Assembly (NCBI GenBank): GCA_965207615.1
Contig: CBDBMZ010000003.1
Location: 1,257,994 to 1,321,993, forward strand
From: Vicinamibacterales bacterium
Lineage (GTDB): Bacteria > Acidobacteriota > Vicinamibacteria > Vicinamibacterales > UBA8438
Direction: 5' to 3'
Length of the DNA stretch: 64,000 bases
Shown here: piece after piece, positions 29,456 to 40,279 of the stretch
Layout of the letters: each line of letters starts with the position of its first letter
Position numbering within the stretch: the first letter of the stretch is position 1
Notes under the pieces: generated by a model
Databases searched by the model: none
Seen by the model: the letters and a program-made list of their open reading frames with translations, nothing else
What the model was told of the DNA's origin: nothing
Made by a program: the position numbers and the translations under genes

Positions 29456-31614
29456 CTACCCACGCAGGTCGTCGAGGAACTCCGAGGCCGGCTCGACGCC
29501 GGTCACCAGGAGGCGGTCGCGGGCGCGCGTGCAGGCGACGTAGAGCAGGTGGCGCTCGGTGCTGTACACCTCTTCGAGGTCCGCCTCGTCGGCGACGTGC
29601 TCGATTCGGCCCTGGAGCGGGATGACCTCGTCGTCGCACGCGGCCACCGCGACGGCGCGGAACTCGAGTCCCTTCGCGAGGTGCATGGCGCCGACGGCGA
29701 CCGATCCGGAGACGCCGCCCGACCCGGCGTCGATCTGCACGGGCTGCATCCCCGCCGCCCGCACCGCCGACAGCGCCCGCTCGACCTGCCCTCGGACCTG
29801 ACGAACACGCCGATCGCCTGCGGCGCGTAGCCGTCGCTCTTTCGCGCGCGCAGCCAGGCCGCGATGGCCTCCGTCTCTTCCTCCGGCGAGTCGAACACCT
29901 GGAGCTCGGGCGCCGGTCCATTGAACACCGAGACCGTGGCGCCCCGCTGCTCGGCATTGCCGTCGACGTCGGCGAGCTCGCGGGGCAGGAGCCGGTCGGC
30001 CTGCCGCCGGATCTGGTGCGAGGTGCGGTAGTTGATGCGCAGCGTGTGCGACCGCCCCCGCACGTCGACGCCCAGCGAGCGCCACGAGAACGGGGTCTGG
30101 AAGATCCGCTGCCCGAGGTCGCCCGCGAAGAACAGGCCGTTCGGCCGACCCCGGCCGAGGGCGGCGAGCAGGCGCAGCTCGGCGACGCCGACGTCCTGGG
30201 CCTCGTCGACCACGCAGAAGTCGAACGGCGGATGCGCCGCCTGCGCAATCCGCGCGGCCAGCCGCGTGAACATGGCGGGCTCCGTCAGCCGCTCCTCGTC
30301 CGCGAGCGCCGACCGGACCCGCGAGAAGATCGACCAGAGCACCTCGCGCTGCCTCTCGGCCAGCCGCGTCCTGCGGCCGAGGCGCGGCACGTCGCGGTAC
30401 GCCTCCCAGGTCTCGAGGTGCCAGGCGTCGACCACCGTGCTCCATTCCGTCCAGAGGAAGTGGGCGCTGAACCGGTGGCCCTCGACGCCGGCCGCGGCCC
30501 GGTCGAGCACCGTCCGGACGTCCTCGTCGCGGGCGAGATCGAGGCGGCCGGCGCGGGCCGCGTAGAGCCGCCGGCCGATGGCGCTCATGGCGTGCACCTC
30601 GAGCCGCTCGGCGATCTTCGGCTCGTTGCCGATCAGGCGCGCGAGCCGCACCCGCAGGGCGGTGGCCAGGGCGTCGGAGAACGTCGCCAGCAGCACGCGG
30701 CTCTCGGGGTGCCGGCGGGCGAGATGCACGGCCCGGTGGAGGGCCACGATGGTCTTGCCGGTGCCGGCCGACCCCGAGACGCGGGCGGGGCCGTTGTACT
30801 CGCGCTCGACGAGCCGCCGCTGGGCCGGATGCAGGAAGACCGTCCACTTCTCCCAGGGATAGTCGAGGGCCCGCTCGAGCGCCTCGACGTCGGCCATCAC
30901 CCGGAAGCGCCGCTGGGCGTCGGGGTGATCGAACGCATCGGCGTCAACCGCGGCCGCGACGGGCAGGGCGAAAGCAGCCGCGCTCGCGGACGGCGACACC
31001 CCCACGGTAGCGGGCGGCAGGGCGGGAGCGCCCCCGGTCGCGATCTGCAGCAACGCCTCGGCGGCCTCGGCCGGCAGGTGATCGGCCAGGTCGAGCAGCG
31101 TGTCCTCGGTGGCCGCCCGGACGTCGCCCAGCCATTCGACGGGCACGCCGTAGCCGAGCAGGTAGTCGTCCGACGCGCCGCCGAAGATTGCTTCCCGCGT
31201 CGCCGCGGGACGGCCGGAGGCCACGGGTCGGGCGGCCGCCGCAACGTCCACCTCGACGTACCGCGGCACCGGAATCTCGCGCACCGTCTCGCGGATCTCG
31301 ACGAGCTGCGCCGCCCGCGTGGTCGGATGCCGCTCCAGCCGCCGCCGTTCGGCCCACTGATACGCGGCGTCGTGATGGTCCACGTAGCAGAGCAGGAAGC
31401 TCGACGCGGTCCGGTGGACGATCAGCCGGATGTCGCGGCTGACCCGGGCCGACCAGAAGCCCTTGTCCTTCGCCCCCTCGACCTGATGCAGCTTCAGCCC
31501 CGGCCGCGCCGGGTCCATCTGCAGGTCGAACGCGCTGGTCTTGACGGCCTTCTGCTCGTCGCCGGTCAGCTTCGCGAGGCTGTCGGTGAAGGTGTCGGCG
31601 ATGCGGAACTGCAT
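29456..31614 (-). CDS. UvrD-like SF1 helicase with N-terminal RelE-like domain; one-base deletion near 29790
   Basis: N-terminal MQFRIADTFTDSL..FWSARVSRDIRLIVH..YVDHHD; GSAGTGKT, VDEAQD, GDLGQRI, LRINYRT. The C-terminal HLAKGLEF and LLYVACTRA motifs are in a second frame. Confidence 0.88.
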
Positions 31615-31846
31615 GCCTTACACCGCGAAGCAGAAGTCGTGCTCCTCGAAGCGCGACACCTTCGCGCCTTGGAAAGGGCTCAAGCTGGCTCTGTCCATCG
31701 ACCGACCGGCCGTCAGACGCATGAACGAATTAGCCGCCATCATTCCCTCGACAGCTCCATGGTCACCCGATTTCATGCGCGGCCTGACGCGTTCGGGCTT
31801 CAATGAGCGCCACCCTTCATTGCGGAGTCCGGAACCGAGCCCGGCC

Positions 31847-32065
31847 TCACTCCGCATCGGGTCCCGCCGCCTCCGCCGACCTCCCGCCGGCCGTCGCGGC
31901 GGCATCCTGCGGCGGGTCCATGTAGGTGCGGCCCGATTCCGCTTCCAGCTTCTGCGCGTGCCGAACGATGGCTTCGATGTCGTAGTCGAAGCGCGCGGCG
32001 AGCCGCTCGCGCACGGCGCGCACCTCGGCCATGATTGGATCGAGTTCCGTGGGATCGCGGTCCAT
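31847..32065 (-). CDS. Small protein, putative antitoxin paired with the PIN gene
   Basis: DPIMAEVRAVRERLAARFDYDIEAI; starts 1 nt after the PIN gene stop. Confidence 0.7.
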   Translation of the reverse strand: MDRDPTELDPIMAEVRAVRERLAARFDYDIEAIVRHAQKLEAESGRTYMDPPQDAAATAGGRSAEAAGPDAE

Positions 32066-32066
32066 G

Positions 32067-32546
32067 CTATCGAACCTCCATCAAGAGTTGGTCCGGCGTG
32101 CACAGCGTGGGCGGCTCGTTGCCGCTCTGTCGGCACACCGCTTCGATCTGCGGCCGCAGCACCGCGTTGGCGATGTGCCGCAAGTTCCACGTCACGAGGA
32201 AACGGGCGCGATGGACGGCGGCGGTAGCGACGTGCACGGCATCCTGGGCCGCCCGCTCGGGCAACGCCCCGGCGTCGACGAGTCGTTGAGCGAGCATCGT
32301 CACGCTCGCGGGCGTCGTGAGCAAGGGCAGTGACGCAATCGCCGCGAGCCGGGCCTGCACGGCATCCGGATCGCCCGCCGCGGCCTCCTCCCGCACGAGC
32401 TCCGAGATCACCAGCTCGAATCTCCTCGGGGCGGCCTCCCACCATTCGCGCGTCGTGACTTGCCGCGCCGCGGTCACGACGTCCCGTGAGGGACGTGCCG
32501 TCAGGTAGCTCACGACGCTGGTCTCCACGTACACGCGCGGCTTCAT
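32067..32546 (-). CDS. PIN domain (VapC-like) ribonuclease
   Basis: VYVETSVVSYL, ISELVREE, DAVHVATA, LVTWNLRHIAN, CTP. Confidence 0.88.
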   Translation of the reverse strand: MKPRVYVETSVVSYLTARPSRDVVTAARQVTTREWWEAAPRRFELVISELVREEAAAGDPDAVQARLAAIASLPLLTTPASVTMLAQRLVDAGALPERAAQDAVHVATAAVHRARFLVTWNLRHIANAVLRPQIEAVCRQSGNEPPTLCTPDQLLMEVR

Positions 32547-32557
32547 GGCGTGGCCCC

Positions 32558-35386
32558 TCACACGCGGAACACCTTCATCACCTCGTCGCCGAGGTGGTTG
32601 ATGACCTTGACGGCGATGCGGCCCGACTCGGGGCGGTCGAACGGGCGAGAGACGTCGCTGTGGAGCGTCGCCCAGGCGTCGGGGTCGATCTCGGCCTTCA
32701 GGGTGGTCTTGAGGGCCTTGTAGGGGTCGTTGGCGCCGAGGAAGTAGGCGTGGCGGACGAAGAAGCTCTCCTCGTTGTAGTCGGTGTCGATGAACCAGCA
32801 GGCGATGCCCTCGGCGCCGTCGCTGCGGACCTCGCCGGTGTTGGGGTGGAAGACGTCGACGCCGTTGATCTTCACCTGTAGCTGCCCGTCCTCGGCGCCG
32901 TCCTTCGTCGCTGGCAGGATGTCGATGTCGGGCTCCCCGAAGACGACGAAGAGGTTGCCCTTGCCGGTGTTCTTCAGCTCGCCGGCCATGTGGAGGTCGG
33001 CGTTCATGCGGGCCTTGAGGACGGGGATGCGGCCGAGGCGGTCGAACTCGGAGGCGTGGGCCTCGTAGTTGAACGCGCAGGCGATCAGCACGTCGAAACC
33101 GGCGTCACCCGCCTCCCGCGCCGCGGCCACGAGATCGGGGCGCGAGACCGTGCCGAACTCGGGGCCGACGAAGATGCCCGCCCGCTTCTCCCGCTCCGTT
33201 GCTCCACGGCCCTCCGCGTAGCGCCCCTCCGCGCAGATGTACGAGCCCGGCCACGGCGTGACCGACGTGAAGGCGATGCGGTCCTCCTTGTGCGCCTGCT
33301 GCACGCCCGCCGTCTCGAGCTGCTGCAGGATCATGCCCGCGAAATCCTGCTCCGGTCCGTAGTCGGCCTTCGCCTCCGCCACGCGGTCCAGGAGCTCGTC
33401 GTTCTCGTCGACGGCCACCACACGATGCGGCGACAGGCTCTCGACCGTGAAAGGCCCGGCCACACGCACCTTCCGCTTATCCTCATAAGGTCTATCGTAG
33501 AGGTACTCGTAGTCCGCCTTCGCGGCGATGGACTCGTCGATCTCCTGTTGGCGCGCCGCGCGGGCCTCCCACCACAGCCGATGCGTCTCGACCGCTTCCC
33601 GCGGCCAGTCCTCCGACGCCTCGCGCGGGATCTGCCACTCCTCCCAGTCGCGATCGAGCCTCGCGTTCAGGTCCTCACGCAGCGGCTCGAGTGTCTCCCG
33701 CCATCGCTCCCAGATGACATCGATTTCGGCGTTGTCCGCGATGGACTTCAGCGCGATGTGCGCGACCCGTTCGTAGACGAACCCTTGCCGCACATCTCCG
33801 CGCGTGGACTCCTGCGACGGAACCGTGCGCGCAATCTCCGCCTCCTTGAGCTGGCCGTCGGAACTGTCGCCGAGGAAGTAGTACGGGTAACGCGCCCCCA
33901 TGATGCGGGCACGCGCCAGCGCCAGCGCGACCCGCGACGTATCGATCGTGATCCAGCGTCGTGCCCACTGCTCCGCCGCGTACGAAATTGTGCCGGCACC
34001 ACATGTCGGATCCAACACCAGGTCGCCCGGATCGGTGGACAGAAGGACACAGCGTTTGGCGGCTTCCGTCGCAGTTTGGACAACGTAGATCGGAAACTTC
34101 TCTCCGTGCATGTCCGACCAGATATTGGAAATCGCAACTTGATTCCAATCGTCCCAAAAAACGATACCGCCGAGCGATTCCCCACCGCCGTCAAAAATAC
34201 GCCCTGCCTTCTCAAGTCGTGGGAGGCCGACGTTCGGATCAAATCTCCATTGCTTATTCGAACCACACCGCTTGGCTCTACCTCTGTAGATGTAGTCCCT
34301 GCTGCGGTGTTCACTCGGATGCTGACTTACGATCGGATAGTTAACTCGTGCCCATCGCGCACCCAGACTCAGTAGTTGATCAGTCTCATCTTGCGAGATC
34401 TTGCTCACATTGTGGAGAACCATTGGGTCCACGATAAGCGTATTGAACTTTATGGAATCGTCAGGTTGTACTCTCTCTTCAAAAATGTTCCTAACCTTGA
34501 CCTTGTCGCGAGATCTACAATACCACAATACGTAATCAAATACCGATTCGGTGATATAAGTTGCACTCTTCTTCTTGAATGCGATGGTGTTGACGTGATT
34601 GTGGTCACCAAACGTCTCGTCCAACAAGGCCCGTACGCGGTGGACATTCTCGTCTCCGATCTGAACGAAGATACTGCCGCTATCCGAGAGCAGGTCCCGC
34701 GCCACCATCAACCGATCCCGCAGATACGTCAGATACGAGTGAACCCCATCCCGCCACGTATCCCGGAACGCCTTCACCTGCTCCGGCTCGCGGCTGATGT
34801 GCTCCGCCTTGCCGTCCTTCACGTCTCGGCTCGTCGTCGACCACTGGAAGTTCGAGTTGAACTTGATGCCGTAGGGCGGGTCGAGGTAGATGCACTGCAC
34901 CTTGCCGCGCAGGCCCTCGCGTTCGGCCAGCGACGCCATCACCTGGAGGCTGTCTCCGAGGATCATCCGGTTCGACCAGTTGGCGTCGTGCTGGTAGAAC
35001 TCGGTCTTCGCGCCCTCGTCGGGCAGGCCGTTGAAGTCGGCGAAGAGGTCGGGCTGGGTCTCCCCCGCGGCGTCCTCGCGGTCCCGGCGCCTGTCCTGGG
35101 TCCGGCGCCGCAGGTCGTCGACGAGCACCTTCGGGTGCACCTTCTCCTGGATGTAGAGGGGCGGCGCCTGCACGACGAGGTCCGACCAGTCCTGCTCGTC
35201 CTTGCCGCGCCAGACGAGCTGGGGGTCGAGGTCGCGGTTGCGGCGCTCGTAGGCGACCCGCACGGGGCTCTGCTCGGAGCGGTCCATCACCGACCGGAAC
35301 TCGGCGGTCGGGATGTTCTTCCGCGACGCCTCGCCGTGGGTGAGGGTCTCGACCCTCCGGGGAGTCTTGCGCTGCCGCTTGGCCAT
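32558..35386 (-). CDS. Type III-like restriction-modification N6-adenine DNA methyltransferase (Mod)
   Basis: Beta-class order: IYLDPPYG (motif IV), variable TRD, VLDPTCGAGT (motif I); C-terminal IAVKVINHLGDEVMKVF. Confidence 0.92.
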   Translation of the reverse strand: MAKRQRKTPRRVETLTHGEASRKNIPTAEFRSVMDRSEQSPVRVAYERRNRDLDPQLVWRGKDEQDWSDLVVQAPPLYIQEKVHPKVLVDDLRRRTQDRRRDREDAAGETQPDLFADFNGLPDEGAKTEFYQHDANWSNRMILGDSLQVMASLAEREGLRGKVQCIYLDPPYGIKFNSNFQWSTTSRDVKDGKAEHISREPEQVKAFRDTWRDGVHSYLTYLRDRLMVARDLLSDSGSIFVQIGDENVHRVRALLDETFGDHNHVNTIAFKKKSATYITESVFDYVLWYCRSRDKVKVRNIFEERVQPDDSIKFNTLIVDPMVLHNVSKISQDETDQLLSLGARWARVNYPIVSQHPSEHRSRDYIYRGRAKRCGSNKQWRFDPNVGLPRLEKAGRIFDGGGESLGGIVFWDDWNQVAISNIWSDMHGEKFPIYVVQTATEAAKRCVLLSTDPGDLVLDPTCGAGTISYAAEQWARRWITIDTSRVALALARARIMGARYPYYFLGDSSDGQLKEAEIARTVPSQESTRGDVRQGFVYERVAHIALKSIADNAEIDVIWERWRETLEPLREDLNARLDRDWEEWQIPREASEDWPREAVETHRLWWEARAARQQEIDESIAAKADYEYLYDRPYEDKRKVRVAGPFTVESLSPHRVVAVDENDELLDRVAEAKADYGPEQDFAGMILQQLETAGVQQAHKEDRIAFTSVTPWPGSYICAEGRYAEGRGATEREKRAGIFVGPEFGTVSRPDLVAAAREAGDAGFDVLIACAFNYEAHASEFDRLGRIPVLKARMNADLHMAGELKNTGKGNLFVVFGEPDIDILPATKDGAEDGQLQVKINGVDVFHPNTGEVRSDGAEGIACWFIDTDYNEESFFVRHAYFLGANDPYKALKTTLKAEIDPDAWATLHSDVSRPFDRPESGRIAVKVINHLGDEVMKVFRV

Positions 35387-35393
35387 GTTCGTC

Positions 35394-35555
35394 CTACACG
35401 CGAGCCCCGACGGAGAGGCATCCTTCGATCGCTTCGCAGAGATTGCTCAACAGCTCTTCGAACGAGTCTCCCTGCGTGGCGCATCCCGGGATGGAGGGCA
35501 CCTCGGCCCAGAATCCGCCCTCCTCGGCCTCGTGGATCACGACCTTCAGCTTCAT
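35394..35555 (-). CDS. HicB-like antitoxin (short, no HicA partner)
   Basis: [34 protein letters not shown]. Confidence 0.85.
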   Translation of the reverse strand: MKLKVVIHEAEEGGFWAEVPSIPGCATQGDSFEELLSNLCEAIEGCLSVGARV

Positions 35556-35608
35556 GTTTCGCTCCGCGACCAGGTCCGCCGAGCTGTCCTCCTCGGCCAT
35601 GACGCCCC

Positions 35609-35857
35609 CTACCGCGGTCGAGCCGCCGCGCCCGCCCGAGGCTCCCGCGCGTGTGTGATGTCGGCGCCGGTCGCCAGACGCACCTGCGACGACGGCACGG
35701 TGGCCAACGCCGCCGTCTGCCCGTCCAGGGTCGGAAACTCCACCTCGAAAGCCTCACCGTTCCGATGGACGTGGACAATCGTCCCCACATCCCCGGCCTT
35801 CAGTCCCGGGTGGGCGGCATCGTCCGTGAGCACGACGCGACCATGTTCTTCCAACAA
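35609..35857 (-). CDS. DUF4926 domain protein
   Basis: [30 protein letters not shown]. Confidence 0.85.
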   Translation of the reverse strand: MLEEHGRVVLTDDAAHPGLKAGDVGTIVHVHRNGEAFEVEFPTLDGQTAALATVPSSQVRLATGADITHAREPRAGAAARPR

Positions 35858-35877
35858 CCCGCCTCCTCAAGATGAGC

Positions 35878-36093
35878 TCACCCGGCCTTGTACGACCGGA
35901 CCGGCAGGGCCTCGGTCTCGAGCGTAGCCAGGTCGAGCTTCGCGGAAGCGTGGTCGATATCGAAGCCGACGGCGTTGCCGTCTGCGTCGAGGTCGACGTT
36001 GATCCCGGCGGAGACTTCGCGTGTCTCCACGCCCGGACCGGCCTTCAGCTCGACGTACAGGCTGTCGGTCTCCGGGTAGTAGTGCAGCTTCAT
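35878..36093 (-). CDS. DUF2283 domain protein (putative antitoxin)
   Basis: YYPETDSLYVEL...INVDLDADGNAVGFDIDHAS. Confidence 0.88.
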   Translation of the reverse strand: MKLHYYPETDSLYVELKAGPGVETREVSAGINVDLDADGNAVGFDIDHASAKLDLATLETEALPVRSYKAG

Positions 36094-36341
36094 GACGAGT
36101 CCCTTCGAAAGCCGCGGTCGAAGAACGCATTGTGGATTGTCTCACCGTCGGCCAGCGTCACCACGCGGAGAACGCGCGGGCCGGTTGCGCGGCCGGTGTC
36201 GATCTCGCCCCAGAAGCGGACACGGCCGTCCGGTTGGGTCTCGCGCCGCGACGGTGCCGCGATCACTTCGACGCACCATACGGGGTCGATGTACGGGCGC
36301 CTGCGCAGCACCTGCTCGCTGAAGTAGCGCGTTGTCTTCAT
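36090..36341 (-). CDS. Small BrnT/DUF4258-like putative toxin
   Basis: RRPYI..W...QPDGRVRFWG...LRVVTLADGETIHNAFFDR; ATGA-coupled to DUF2283. Confidence 0.7.
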   Translation of the reverse strand: MKTTRYFSEQVLRRRPYIDPVWCVEVIAAPSRRETQPDGRVRFWGEIDTGRATGPRVLRVVTLADGETIHNAFFDRGFRRDSS

Positions 36342-36383
36342 CGAGATCCCGAAGTCGCTCCATCGGCCGGCACGGCACCGCGG

Positions 36384-39300
36384 TCAGGCCGTCACCCCGG
36401 CGACGACGGCCTTGAACCGGTTCTCCAGCGCGCCCTCGAAGTCCTCCTCCATCTGGTACACGTCGGTCAGCTCGGCGAAGGCCCAGCGGCCGTAGGCGCC
36501 GAGGTTGTTGACGCCGGGCACCCAGTAGGTGTCCATGGTCGTCTTCTTGTCCTTGGCGTCCTCGCGGCGGTAGCCCTTGACCTCGACGACGAGGCGCAGC
36601 AGATCGTCGTCGCCGCGGCCGTCGTCGACGAGCACGACGAAGTCGGGCAGGTAGCGGCGCGTCTCGGAGCCGTAGCGGTACGGCACCTCCAGGCCGAGGT
36701 TGTGGTTCTTGACGTAGGCGCGCACGCGCCGGTGCGACTCGACGACGCGGCAGAGCTCCGCCTCCCAGTCGCTGTCGCAGACGACCCAGTTGACGTGGCA
36801 GCGTTTCACCTCGGTCTGCCACCGAGTCTTCCTCGACGTGGTGAAGTGCACGTGGGCGGTCGAGCCGACGGGGTTGTAGGGGTCGAGCACGGCCTTGACG
36901 GGGCGCTCGCCGAGCAGGGTCGTGGTGATGCCCGCCGTGATCCGCTCGCACGCCATGTCGCCCAGCTCCTGGTACATGAGCTGGGCGGGATAGGTGCCGC
37001 CCTTGCACACGAGGTGGGCGTCGAGCCATTGCCGGGCAATCCGCTTGAGCTGGCCGAAGAGGTGCAGCTTGGGCTCCTCGCCGGGGTCGCGCCACTTGGT
37101 CTCGAGCAGCCGCTTCGTCAGGTGGAAGAGCAGCGTCGACCGCCGCAGGTCGCCGGTGTGGACCAGGTTCAGGTCGACCCCTTCGCCGATGATTCCCTCG
37201 TTGCGGGTGATGGACGGGCCGACGAGGCCGGGCGTCAGCTCGAGCGTCGCGTCGTCGTCGAAGCGGGCGGTCAGGCGCTCTTCCGGCAGCTCGACGCGGT
37301 AGCCGGCGACCCGCGGGAAGCGGATCTCGCAGGCGTCGCGCTCGGGCGTGACCGCCCTGACGAGCACCGTCTCGCGCGGGGGCGTCGGCTTGACCGGCAC
37401 CGGCTTGGCCGTGAAGTCGAAGGGGATGCCGAGGACATCGGCGTACTCGACGTCGAAGAGGCCGGCCTCGTTGGGATCGTACGACTGGCGGCGCAACGCG
37501 CGGCCGATGACCTGCTCGCAGAGGAGCTGCGTGCCGAAGGCGCGGACGCCGAGGACGTGGGTGACGGTGCGCGCGTCCCAGCCCTCGGTGAGCATCGAGA
37601 CGGAGACGACGCAGCGAATCGACCCGCCCAGCGTGCCGGGCTTGCCCACGGTGTTCATGACCTCGCGCAGCAGGTCCTGGTCGGACAGGTGCTCGGCCTG
37701 CCGCCGGTCGCCGGTGCGCGCGACGATCTCGCGCCGGAAGCGCTCGATCTCGTCGTCGGCGGCCTCGCGGAAGCTCCGGTCGAGGGCCTCGCCCGAGTCG
37801 AGCTGCTCGCTGTCGATGAGCAGCGTGCGGGGCCGGGCGAGGGGGTTGCCGTGCTCGTCGAAGTTGCGGAAGAGGGCGAGGCGGCCGTCCACCAGCGAGG
37901 TCGAGCCGTCCTCGCTCTCGCGGTGGTAGCCGGAGATGTAGTCGTGGACCAGCTTCGACGTCGACGTGTTGTTGCACACGACGATGAAGCACGGCGGCGC
38001 CTCGATGCCCGCCTGCTCCCACAGCGCGAACGTCTTCTCGTAGTGCCCGTAGAGCGCCTCGAGCGCGGTCTGCAGCTCGACCGGCAGGCTGAGCGGGTCG
38101 AGCCCGCCCGCCTTGCCGCGCCCCTTCCTCGGCATCTTGGGCCGGATGTGCTCCCACAGGTTGCGGAACTTCGGCGTGTCGCCGCCGGGGATGTTGTCGG
38201 CCACCGGCACCCGCGGCAGCTTGACGATGCCCGACTCGATGGCGTCCATCAGCGAGAAGTCGCTCGCCGTCCAGGGGAAGAGCGTCCCCTCGGCGTAGCC
38301 CGACCCTCGCAGGAAGAACGGCGTCGCCGACAGGTCGATCACGCGCTGGAGGCCGAGCTTGCGCTGCACCGCTTCGAGGCCGGAGATCCACACCCGCGCC
38401 GCCTCCCGGTTCCTCTCGGCCTCCTTCCGATCGTCACCCTTGAGCTTTCCCTCTTCGTCCTCGCCGGGCGGCTTCTCCCGGTAGCAGTGGTGGGCCTCGT
38501 CGTTCAGGGCGAGGATGCGCTTGAGGCCCATCAGGCTCGGGATGACCCGCTGGAGCATCTGCCCCTCGGTTTCCTTGGTGCCAGCTCCGGCCCCGAGCCC
38601 TGCAGCAGGGCGCGGCCGCCCTTCGACAGCTCCAGCCGCTCGCGCGGCATGAACGCGTGGTAGTTGGTGATGACGATCTTCGCGCGCTCCAGATCGCGCA
38701 GCATGTCGCCGGGCACGAGCTCGCGGCTCGCGTAGTAGGCGTCGGGGTCGTTCGGCTGCAGCACCCGCAGCCGGTCGCGGATGGTCACGCCGGGGGTGAC
38801 CACGAGGAACCCGCGCGTGAACCGCGTGCTGCCGGGCCGGCGGACGGCGTTGACAGTCTGCCAGGCGACGATCATCGCCATGACCGTCGTCTTCCCGGCC
38901 CCGGTGGCGAGCTTCAGGGCCAGCCGGGCGAGCCCGGGGTTCGCTTCCTCGCTCGCCGCTGTGAGGTCGTCGAGGATCTTCCGCTCCTCCCGCCCGAGCT
39001 GCGGGGCGACCTCGGTCAGCCAGATGAGGGTCTCCACCGCCTCGACTTGGCAGAAGAACGGTCGGCTGTCGCCGAAGTGGTGGCTGCGCCAGTGCCGCAG
39101 GAGCCGCGCCGTCTCGGGCGTCACCCGCCACGAGGCCGGGTCGGGAAGCTCGCGCCAGCGATCGATCCGGTGGCGGACGCTGCTGATGAACCCCGTCAGG
39201 TCGTACTGCTGTTCACCGGCCTCGAGGGCCTCCGCCGCCTTGTCGAAGACGATCTGGCGCTGCTGCTCCTTCTGCTTCCGCGGCCTCGGGATGGGCGTGA

Positions 39301-39430
39301 TGAACGCCACCTGCCGCCGCGTGTCGACGACCCGGTTCGTGGGCTGGCCGCTCGCGTCGAGTTCCCAGTGGCGGGAGGGGTACTCGTAGGGCGAGTTCAG
39401 GATGGGTCGCTCGAAGAAACGCCTGTCCAT
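36384..39430 (-). CDS. Type III-like restriction endonuclease Res subunit (DEAH helicase + nuclease); one-base deletion near 38581
   Basis: FFERPILNSPY, FFCQVEAVET and KLATGAGKT in the first frame; NDEAHHCY, DLSATP, MLTEGWD, EQVIGR and YLPDF..VEVKG in the second. Confidence 0.9.
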
Positions 39431-39541
39431 GGCGCGTCAGGCCGCTGCGCCGCGACGGCGAGAACCGGCCTTGGCTGCAACCGATTCGGATGAATCGCGT
39501 GTGTCGCTTTGCGACGGGCTGGAAGGACCACGCCCCTCCAT

Positions 39542-39913
39542 CTACGTGCGCTCCCCGTCCGTGGCATCCAGCAGACTTCGCAGCGACGACGCGAGTGGCG
39601 GTACAGCTTCGCGGATCGTCGTCCAGACCACCCGGTCGCTGATACGCAGGTAACCATGAGCCAGGCGATTGCGGAGACCCACGATCGCTCGCCAGGGAAC
39701 CTCCGGATGCGCAGCCCGCACGTCATCGGGGACATGGGTCGCCGCTTCCCCAATCAACTCGAGGTTGCGCAGTACCGCGTCATATCGAAGAGCATCGGCA
39801 ACGAGCGTCTTCTGGTCCAGGCCCTCCGTATAGCTCATCACCTTTTCCGCGAACTCGATCATGTCCTGGACGTAGAAGCGCCATTCGCGAGGCGTGCGGT
39901 CCGGGTCAGACAT
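39542..39913 (-). CDS. HEPN/DUF86 ribonuclease (HepT-like)
   Basis: DAVLRNLELIGEA, PEVPWRAIVGLRNRLAHGY (RX4H). Confidence 0.92.
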   Translation of the reverse strand: MSDPDRTPREWRFYVQDMIEFAEKVMSYTEGLDQKTLVADALRYDAVLRNLELIGEAATHVPDDVRAAHPEVPWRAIVGLRNRLAHGYLRISDRVVWTTIREAVPPLASSLRSLLDATDGERT

Positions 39914-40196
39914 CGATCGCGTCCCGCTCCACGTAGGGACGTATCTCCGGGCGCAGCTCCTGGTGGGTCGCCATGTCCACCGACCGCCCCAGCAGGTCCT
40001 CCAGATACGCTTGCGCCCCGAAGTAGCGGCTCCAGTCGGGTGGCGCGTCGAACCGCACCAGAATGTCCACGTCGCTGGCATCGACGCCCTGGTCGCGGGC
40101 GAAAGAGCCGTAGAGCGCCAACGCGCGGACCCCGAAGCGTCGGGCGAGCGTTGCCTTGTGGCGCCGAAGCAGGCCCAGGACTTCGGTTCTGGTCAT
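39906..40196 (-). CDS. Minimal nucleotidyltransferase (MntA-like antitoxin)
   Basis: LYGSFARD..SDVDILV..LEDLLGRSVD. Confidence 0.92.
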   Translation of the reverse strand: MTRTEVLGLLRRHKATLARRFGVRALALYGSFARDQGVDASDVDILVRFDAPPDWSRYFGAQAYLEDLLGRSVDMATHQELRPEIRPYVERDAIDV

Positions 40197-40279
40197 TGCG
40201 CGCATCGATGGGGATGCGGACGGCCCCCCGGAGCGGCGCACACGAACCGGAGACGCTTCACGACGCCGCCACGACACCC

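Noticed and set aside
31618-31800. Short reading frame ending ...SRFEEHDFCFAV just upstream of the helicase
   Set aside because: Lower GC and possibly a gene remnant, but I cannot assign a family or a credible start.
35390-36380. Integron-like cassette array of small genes
   Set aside because: No attC-like GTTRRRY inverted repeats or integron integrase seen; spacers are too short.
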